Source: Lama glama (Eukaryota). From it: DNA of 64,000 nucleotides. How positions within the stretch are numbered: the first letter of the stretch is position 1; each line of letters opens with the position of its first letter. The notes beneath the pieces are model-generated. The model was given only the letters and a program-made list of their open reading frames with translations, did no database searches and was not told where the DNA came from. The stretch is from NCBI GenBank assembly GCA_028534125.1, contig CM052818.1, forward strand, positions 31,808,001 to 31,872,000, given 5' to 3'. The translations under genes were made by a program, and so were the position numbers. Shown here piece by piece: positions 55,730 through 64,000 of this stretch.

Positions 55730-57280
55730 TATGCCACATCTTCTTTATTCATTCACGTATTGATGGACACTTAGGTTGCTTCCATATTTTGCCTATTGTA
55801 AGTAATGCTGTTATGAACATTGGGGTGGATGTATCTTTTTGAATTAGTGTTTTTGTTTTCTTCAGATGTATACCCAGGAGCGGAATTGCTAGATCCTATA
55901 GTAGTTATATTTTTAATTTTTTTGAGGAATTGCTATCCTGTTTTCCACAGTGGCTGCACCAGTTTGGGTTCCCTTTTCTCCACATCCATGCCAACATTTG
56001 TTATTTGTGGTCTTTTTGATGATTGCCATTCTGACAGATGTGACGTGGTATCTCCTTGTGGTTTTGATTTGCATTTCCCTAATGATTAGCGATGTTGAGC
56101 ATCTTTTCATATCCCTGTTGGCCATCTGTATGTCTTCTTTGGAAAAATGTCAAAGATTCTGTTACGTTAGCATGTTGGTATCACTTATGCAAATTAATTA
56201 CCCTGGGTGGATAATAAAATTACCCTCAAACCTCATCTTTTTCTGAACCAATATCTAGGTCATGAAAAATATGGTGTTGTGAGTTTTAAACTTGATTTCT
56301 CATGTGAAATTTTTTTATAATTATACCAAAATACCTATTGAAAATATAAAGCCCCTACCATTTTTACATGTTTCCTACCTGATTTTAAGATTATATTAAA
56401 ATGTCTAAGTAGGGTTAAAAAGAAAAAAAAAGGAAAAATGTCTATTCACGTCTTCCACTCATTTTTTAATTGGGTTGTTTATTATTATTATTTTTTTGAT
56501 ATTGAGTTGTATGAGCTGCTTCTGTATTTTGGATATTAACTCCTTATTGTTCATATCATTTGCAAATATTTTCTACCACTCAGTAGGTTATCTTTTAATT
56601 TTTTTGATGGTTGCCTTTGATGTGCAAAAGCTTTTAAGTTTAATTAGTTCCATTTCTTTATTTTTGCTTTTGTTTCCTTTGCCTTAGGAGACAGATCCAA
56701 AAAATATTGCTTTGATTTATGTCTAAGAGTGTTATGCCTATGTTTTTTTTTCTAGGAGTTTTATGGTTTCTGGTTTATATTTAGGTCTTTAATTCATTTT
56801 GAGTTTATTTTTGTTTATGGTGTGAGAAAATGTTCTAATATCCTTGTTTTATGTGTGGCTATCCGCTTTTCACAGCACTACTTGTTGAAGAGACTGTGTT
56901 TTTTTAATCATATATTCTTGTCTCCTTTGTCATAGATTAGTTGACCATAAATGTGTGGGTTTATTTCTGAGCTCTCTATTCTGTTCCATTGAGTATATGT
57001 CTGTTTTTGTGCCAGTACCATACTGTTTTGATTACTGTAGCCTTGTAGTGTAATCTGAAGCCAGGGAGTGTGATACTTCCAGCTCTCATCTTCTTTCTCA
57101 AGATTGTTTTGGCGATTGGAGTTCTTTCATGTTTCCATACAAATTTTAAAATTATTTGTTCTAGTTCTGTAAGAAATGCCATTGGTATTTTGAAAAGAAT
57201 TGCCTTGAATTGGTATGTTGCCTTGGGTAGTATGGTCATTTTATCAATATTAAGTTTTCCAGTCCGTGAACATATATATA
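55215..57280 (-). mobile_element. 5'-truncated L1 (3'UTR and ORF2 C-terminal part) with internal (TG)n and a nested retrocopy
   Basis: ORF2 peptides [33 protein letters not shown] and ..[26 protein letters not shown]; (TG)n at ~55675-55720. Confidence 0.9.
56152..56431 (+). pseudogene. Orphan retroposed RNA 3' end (processed fragment or orphan transduction), source unknown
   Basis: TSD GGAAAAATGTC (56141-56151, 56432-56442), ATTAAA at 56395-56400, poly(A) at 56417-56431; the L1 host is continuous on both sides. Confidence 0.85.
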
Positions 57281-57459
57281 CTTCTTAATGGGTTATTGAC
57301 TTTGACTCTTAACTTGAATTCTCCATTCAACAGACAATCATAGAGGTCTCTTGTGTGTTTAGAACTTTGTAAAGTCCTATAGGGTAAAAGACAATAATTT
57401 ATAAAATGTGGTCCCTGACTTTAAAGAACTTACAGCCTAATAAGAAAGAGTAAAAATAT

Positions 57460-57660
57460 GGGATTTGGAGTTAAAAAGTTGGGGATTCCAGACTTGACAC
57501 AAGCATCAATTAGCTTCATGATCTTCATTTAAACTCTCTTGAGTCCTAGTGAAGTGCAGGGGATAATTCCAACCTCACATGGTTATTGATAAGCTCAGAT
57601 AAGATTATGTATTTAGAAAAGCATTCTATAAAATTGAAAACACTATTAATCATTACACCA
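57460..57660 (+). mobile_element. MIR SINE
   Basis: TTTGGAGTTA..GGGGATAATTCCAACCTCACATGGTTATTG. Confidence 0.5.
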
Positions 57661-57799
57661 GCTATTTAATTAGAAATAGTACAAGAGGGTGTAGACTTAA
57701 AGGCTAAGTGTCTGCGGGCAAAGAACAGTGAGTAGGGAGTGGTGAGTAGAGACTTCCTGATGGACCTGAAACTCAATGGGTCCTAGATAGAACAGGGTT

Positions 57800-58510
57800 T
57801 GGATAGTCAGGATGAAGGAAGGAGACCATTCCAAGTAGGGAGCATGAAAGCATGGAGTGAGAGATGTGTAATTCAGTTTAATTAACTCAACCAGTCCTCC
57901 TGGATTACCTAATATGAACCTCATTCTCTGTTGGGATCACTCTGTTCGGAGAAGAGATTTTGTGTTGGAAAGTACAGTTGGATAGACAAGATAAGATAAG
58001 GACATGACACAAAGGCCTTGGAGAGCAAACAAGACTGTTTAACCTCCTCATAGCAAGAAATAGGCCTCCATCAGTAGGTTTGATGTGAATAGCCTTTTAG
58101 GAAGGTGAAACTGGTAATGGTGTACAGTCTGATTAGTATGTAGAGACTGGAGTCAGTAATCTCTGATGGAGGAAGGGGGAAGATTTAGAAAGTGGGGTGG
58201 TAAAAAAAAGGCTGACTCCAGTAAAACTTCACAGGCTTTGGTGTCAGAGGCAGAAGTGGGAGGAATCCAATTTTTTCTAGAACTTTTTGTTAGAAAGATT
58301 AGAATAATAATGATTCATTTAATCGGAAAGAACAATTGGGGAACAAAAGAAATTTGGGAGGAAGAATTGAGTTCTGTTTGTACATGGGGAGCTGAGATGA
58401 TAGCCAACTCTGGGCAGCAACAGTCTGTAGGGAACTGGAAATGTGGGACTAGAACTCATGTAAGCAGTCAGGGGTAGGCGTGGGGATTTGGGAATCATCA
58501 AGCTCAGAGA
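57800..58510 (-). mobile_element. L2 fragments
   Basis: CATTCCAAGTAGGG..GATTTGGGAATCATCA antisense L2-like sequence. Confidence 0.45.
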
Positions 58511-58631
58511 CTCCTCATAAATTATGCACTTTGCTTAGAACTTAATTTCATGTTTTTTAGAAGATAAGAGAAATGAAGAGCTTGCTGAATTATGGATTAT
58601 GCAACTGTATTAGAAGTAATTCTCACTTAGT

Positions 58632-58765
58632 GGGGAGGGTATAGCTCAAGTGGTAGAGTGCATGCTTAGCATGCATGAAGTCCTGGTTCAATCCCCAGTA
58701 TGTCCTCTAAAAATAAGTAAATAAATCAGCCTAATTACCTCCCCCTCAATTTTTTTTTAAAAAAA
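58632..58765 (+). mobile_element. tRNA-derived SINE (camelid Vic-1-like)
   Basis: GGGGAGGGTATAGCTCAAGTGGTAGAG..CATGCTTAGCATGCA..GGTTCAATCCCCAGTA with Pol III A and B boxes, then AAATAA..CCTAATTACCTCCCCC and an A-rich tail. Confidence 0.85.
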
Positions 58766-59449
58766 GGATTCTTCCTTTCCCCCTCCATTCTGTCTCCCTG
58801 ATGATTTTTGTGTTCTGTTCTTCTCTGTGATCCACTTCCCCTTCCCCTGATTCTTTATGAACTGAGGAACACAATAACCTCTATTTCTGTCAGATCAGAA
58901 GATTGTGAGTGAAGAGATTAAGGCGATTGGAAATTTTCACCAGAAGATACGACAATCCTCTTGGCACCCTCTACAGTCCTTCAGAGATCAGAAGAATACA
59001 GACTTTCTCTAGACGAAAGCAACCATTTATATTTTTAGATGGAAATATTTAAAAAGCTAAATTCTCAGTTCCCTGGTTAGCCCCATTGTTTGATTTGCAG
59101 CTTTCTTTTAAGTAAAGCAGTGATTCTCAGTGAGAGATAGATTTGCTTGGCAAATAATGTAATTAGATGAAGTAGGATTTTCAGACTTGGTGGATGGACT
59201 TGAAGTTGGGACTCCTCTCTGGGCACCAAGCTTTCATTTGTGGTTTGAAATGATTTTTCTAAAACAGCAGCAACAGCACTCAGAAGCTGAATTTTCTTTA
59301 GTTTATCCTCTTCTTCCTCCACTTCAAAGGGAAATATTTCCCAGCAATTTTCTTTGACTTTCTCAAGCCTTACCTGGCACAGAGAGTATCAGACTTGACT
59401 TTAGATAAAGTAATGATGGGGAAGAGGGACTTGAAGAAATAAGACACAT

Positions 59450-59650
59450 GGTGCTAACATCTATTCAACATCTAATGTATGTCAGGCACTTTACAGTCAT
59501 TCTCTCATTTAATCTTTACAGCTTCAAAAGATAGGTATTTTAATCTCTGTTTCACAAATGAGGCTCTGAGGGGTTATGTGACTTGCCCAAATCATGCAAC
59601 TAGTAACTAACTGAACTGGGATTTGGATCCTCTAACTGGGATTAGGTTTC
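59450..59650 (-). mobile_element. MIR SINE
   Basis: TGTCAGGCACT..TCTCATTTAATCT..CAAATGAGGCT..GTGACTTGCCCAA. Confidence 0.7.
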
Positions 59651-61726
59651 TAAGTCTGAAGATCTCTTTCTTGTTCCAAGCTTGTTTTTCATTCTTATCC
59701 ATATTATAAGGAAAAATTATTTTTTAAAAAAGACACGTTCTAATTTTACAAAGGCCTGTGTTGTAAGATGAGAATCCAGTAGTGCTCATACCATCTGTTC
59801 CTTAGCTAGGTCACTCATTTCCCTTATCCTCTTTTTTTCCTGCTTTTTCTTTTGTTTCTCCTCCACCTGTCCTGGTGAGATGCCTTCTCTCCTCACAGTT
59901 CTCTCTCTTGAGGTGGACAGGTTGAAAGATGAGGTAGAGTGGTAAGGAAATGCAGCACCAAGTCCTTCATTTTTCAGGGCATTCTGTGCACTTTTCATTG
60001 GCTTTCTGTGGAGTCTAGTCAAGGGCATGTGGATACTACATATTTTACATATTTAAGATCTATGGGCCAAGGAGGAAGGGGTGGAGAAGAGAGAGGAGCA
60101 GACAGCAATTCTTCTTAGAAGCTAACAAGTCCCTGGGGATAAAAGGCAAGGATAGCTTGATGTGTGTGTCTATAGCAGTGCTCTTGATGTACATAGATGT
60201 CCAAGCCTGATCAAAGTTGAGGCTCTGTTAGAAGGAAAGGGGAAATGTCCACTAAAGAAGAGAGGAAATGGGTATTTACATCATCATTTTTAATTTTTAG
60301 AATTATAGAAAGAGTAAAAGATTTCCTATTAGGCTCTTGATTCCCTCTGGGTCATGTCTTGTAGGGGGGCTTTCCTTCCATTTAGAACAACCTCTGGGAG
60401 TGACTGGATTACAAATTCAACACAGCTGAAGACAGAAGAAATTTTACTGTTGTGCTGTTACATAGGCTCATGGACATCAAATATTAAGGTTAGCAGATCA
60501 CTGGAAGTAATGGTGACTGCTTTCTTCACCTCTCTCTCTTCTTCCTCATCCTCCTCTTCTTCCTTCTTTTTCTCCTTACAAACTTCAGCATCATATGAAA
60601 AGAATTTCAGAAGACCAAATTCTTCCTTGTCCTTCAATGTGTCCACTCCAAGCTTCCCTCTTTGGGGTTGTGCAGCTCCTGTGGCAGCAAAGGCTGAGGG
60701 CCTTACAGTTGCAATCTGAGCAGTCAGAGGCTCAGTCATCAGGGAGCTTGATGCTGTGGTTACTTCTAAATGAATACTCATTATTGATGCTAATTGAACT
60801 TGAAGTTAATGAAAAAGGATTATTTTACAGGGCTTAAGTTGAAGGCAAAATTGTTATTACAGGTTAATTATTCTGCTTAAAAAGCACTATTACAGCCATG
60901 ATTGTTTTTTATCAGATTTTTCTCTGGTGCTGAAAGAGATTTCTTTGAAGGCAGAGTCCTGATACAATTATTCACCTCATCTAATTCTTAATCACCAATC
61001 ATTTCTCTCCAGATAAAGGTTAATCAAAGTGTGTGAATTGGATATTCTGCCTTAATTACATTTGATCTGTTTCAAAGAAACCCTTTTCTTTTCCATCTTT
61101 GGTTAGAAATGTGGCCTTTCTCTGAGCTGGAAAGAGGAATCAAAATGGGCTCCCTGAGAAAACAGACCTGACTGCTAGTGGTGGCAGTAGGAGATGACAT
61201 CACTGGGTGTGGTGTGCCTGGGGTTGGGAGAGGGTGTGGGAGAGAGATTCTTTATGGCTCTGGTTTTGGGAGTCAGTGGCATAGAAACTAAGTCTTCTGC
61301 TATTCTTTCCCTTCAATTTCTGTCCCTCTTTTTTCTTTTTATATGGGGTTTAAGGCTTTAACATATCAGTTTGGGAGCAACACATTTTGATTCTTGTTGA
61401 CACCCAATTCACTATCACAGCTTTGTGCTTTTGTCAGGCTGTTTCTTCTTCTGGGTGCCCTTTCTGTTGCTCTCCAACTGAGGAAATGCTCTCCATACCT
61501 CAAGTCTCCACTTAAATGTCAACTCCTCTGAAACACATAGCCTCCACAGCGCCATCCTTTGCCTCCTTCAAGCTCCCCAAGAGCTGCAATCACATACCTT
61601 GCCTGGCTAGTTCTATGACAGTGTCTGTCTCTTCTTGCATCCCCATTACCACTCCCATCTTCCCATTGCAGGGAATAGTTTATGGACTCCATGAGACATT
61701 TTGTATATATTCCTTACTTCAGAATG

Positions 61727-64000
61727 GAGAGATGGAGGAAGGACTTCAAGATGGCAGAGTAGAAGGATGCAGAGCTCATCCTTTCCCATGAATACATCAA
61801 AGTATGTATTACAAATGGAGCTATAAGGAATATTCTCACAAAAATGGGTAGGAGAAAAGAAAAAGAAAAAGGAAATCAGGGTGGGATCTGTCCCCCAGGG
61901 AAGGAGCAGTGAAGGAAGAAAAGTGCCCTCACCCTAGGAAGCCCCCTCTCCAGCAGGGAGGTCAGCTGGGACAGAAAGGAAGCATATATATATAGAAATA
62001 GAAATAGAAATAGAAATAAAATAAAAATATATAAATACATACAAGATCTTATGGTAGCTCACAAAGAAATGTGACAATGAATATATATATATATGTTCAT
62101 GTGTAATTGAAAAATTGTGCCCTACACTGAAATTTGACACAACATTGTAAAATGATTATAAATCAATAAAAAATGTTAAAAAAATAAAAGATCCTGAGTT
62201 CAAAAGGAGGTGATAAAAGCTCTGAAGGAAATAAGAGAGGTTATCAATAGAAATGCAGAATACTGTAAAAAGGAAATAGAAAATATAAAGTGGAGCGGAG
62301 CCAATTAAAATCAGAAAATTCTATTGCTGAGATAAAAGCCAAGCTAAAGGCAGTCAATAGCAGACTCAAGAACGAATAAATGATTTAGAATATAGCATAA
62401 CGGAAATCACCCAATCACAACAGCAGACAGAAAAGCAAAGGAAAACCAATGAAAACAATATAAGGGACCCATAAGATAATATAAAGCATGGGAATCTATG
62501 CTTAATAGGGGTCTCAGAAGAAAGAGAAAAGTGGATCAAAATTATATTTGAAGAAATCATAACCGAAGACTTCCCAAACCTAAAGAGGAAAACTAATATC
62601 CAAGTACATGAAGGACAGAGGGTCCCAAACAAGATGAATCCAAACAGACCTACACCAAGACATATTATAATTAAAACGGCCAAAGTTAAAGATAAAGAAA
62701 AGATTCTAAAGGCAGCAAGAGAAAAACAAAGAGTTAGTTACAAGGGAACCTCCATAATGCTATCAGCTGGTTTCTCTACAGAAACGTTGCTGGCCAGTAG
62801 AGAGTGCTAAGATATACTCAAAGTCCTGAAAGAGAAAAACCTGCAACCTAGAATACTCTACGCAGCAAGACTATCATTTAGAATAGAAGGAAAGATAAAT
62901 AATTTATTAGACAAGCAAAACTAAAAGAATACAGCAATACTAAAGCTATCCTAAAATAAATATTGAAATATCTTCTCTAAATAGAAAAGAATCAGTAAGC
63001 TATAGAAAAGAGAAAACCACAATTGGAAAAAAGGTGATAACCACAATGAACAGGAAAAGAATAAACATGAAGATGTAAAAGAGGACATCAAAATCAAAAT
63101 GTGGGAGAAGGGAGCAAGAAAATGTAGATTTTTTTTGTTCTTTTTTAGGATTTGTTTGAGCTTATATGCTCACCAGTCTAAAACAGATATAGTAATGGGT
63201 TAGCATACATAAAAAACACGGTAACCACTAAACAAAAACATACAAGAGTCACAGAAAATAAAAATAAGAGAAACCAAGCTAATACAAAAGAAAATTAAAA
63301 TCACAAAAGAAAGAACAAAAAGAAAAAGGAACAAAGAAGAAATACAAAGTCAACTGGAAAACAAAGTTTAAAATGGCAATAAGTACGTATCTATCAATAA
63401 TTACCTTAAATGTCATTGGACTAAGTGTTCCAGTCAAAGGACATAGGGCGGCAAATTGGCTAATAAAACAAGAGCCTACAATATGCTCCCTACAAGCAAC
63501 CCACTTTAGGGTGAAGGACACACACAGATTGAAAGTGAGAGGATGGAAAAAGATATTTCATGCAAACGGAAATGACAAGAAAGCAGTAGCAATACTCATA
63601 TCAGACAGAATAGACTTTAAAACAAATTGCCATAAATAAAGATAAAGAAGCACACTATATAATGATCAAAGGAGCACTACAAGAGGAGAATATTACACTC
63701 GTTAACATATATGCACCCAATATAGGACTACTTAAATATATAAAACAAATACCAACAGACACAAAGGAAGAAATTGATAGGAACACAGTAAGAGTAGGAG
63801 ACTTTAATACTCCACTGACATCATTGGACAGATCTTCCAGAAAGAAAATCAATAAAGCAATGGAGATACTAAATGATAAAACAGCTTGGCTTAATTGATA
63901 TTTTCAGGACATTACATCCTCGAAAAACAGAATATACATTCTTTTCAAGTGTGCATGGAACATTCTCTAGGATACACTGCATACTTGGACACAAAATAAG
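61727..64000 (+). mobile_element. Sense-oriented L1 with 5'UTR start, degraded ORF1 (~62190-62980) and frameshifted ORF2 endonuclease (from 63373); runs off the window
   Basis: 5' end GGACTTCAAGATGGCAGAGTAG; ORF2 start MAISTYLSIITLNV..QEPTICSLQATHFR..GWKKIFHANG..AILISDRIDFK, and next frame ITLVNIYAPN..VGDFNTPLTSLDRS (APE-type endonuclease). Confidence 0.93.
61985..62189 (+). mobile_element. Short young L1 3' end nested in the L1 above, preceded by (TAGAAA)n
   Basis: ACAAGATCTTATGGTAG..TGTGACAATGAATATAT..CAACATTGTAAAATGA..CAATAAAAAATGTT plus A-tail closely matches the reverse complement of ~34520-34660. Confidence 0.85.

Noticed and set aside
58632..58703. tRNA-Ala gene
   Set aside because: The acceptor stem is not intact and the sequence continues into a SINE body and A-tail, so it is a tRNA-derived SINE.
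60458..60781. 107-aa minus-strand ORF with an acidic run (EEEEDEEEE), possibly a processed pseudogene
   Set aside because: The acidic run comes from a TC-rich simple repeat; no recognisable homology, polyA or TSD.
63373..64000. Active L1 ORF2
   Set aside because: The frame breaks near 63639 and 63898 and ORF1 is disrupted, so the element is dead.

Overview
This is mammalian genomic DNA, most likely camelid, inferred from a Vic-1-like tRNA-derived SINE at 58632 and cetartiodactyl-type L1 ends. It contains the 5' end of the ALK receptor tyrosine kinase gene on the + strand: about 27 kb of upstream sequence, a CpG-island promoter, a ~970-nt 5'UTR with upstream ORFs, coding exon 1 (28640-29327, phase-1 donor) and the first ~35 kb of intron 1. 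No other host gene is supported. The remainder is mostly interspersed repeats (L1, L2, CR1, MIR, MLT1/LTR16 LTRs, hAT and Tigger DNA elements) and microsatellites. The most interesting signal is three separate TSD-flanked, polyadenylated insertions carrying non-L1 DNA, consistent with L1 retrotransposition. They are (1) a ~700-bp 3' transduction that carried an entire old MLT1C-like LTR into ALK intron 1, (2) an L1 whose own 3' end is replaced by ~280 nt of foreign sequence, and (3) a 280-bp orphan retrocopy nested inside another L1. There are also an intra-L1 template-jump duplication, an apparent L1 insertion-mediated deletion, and micro-duplications in and next to ALK exon 1. Repeat subfamily names and human comparisons come from recalled consensus sequences, not from database searches.
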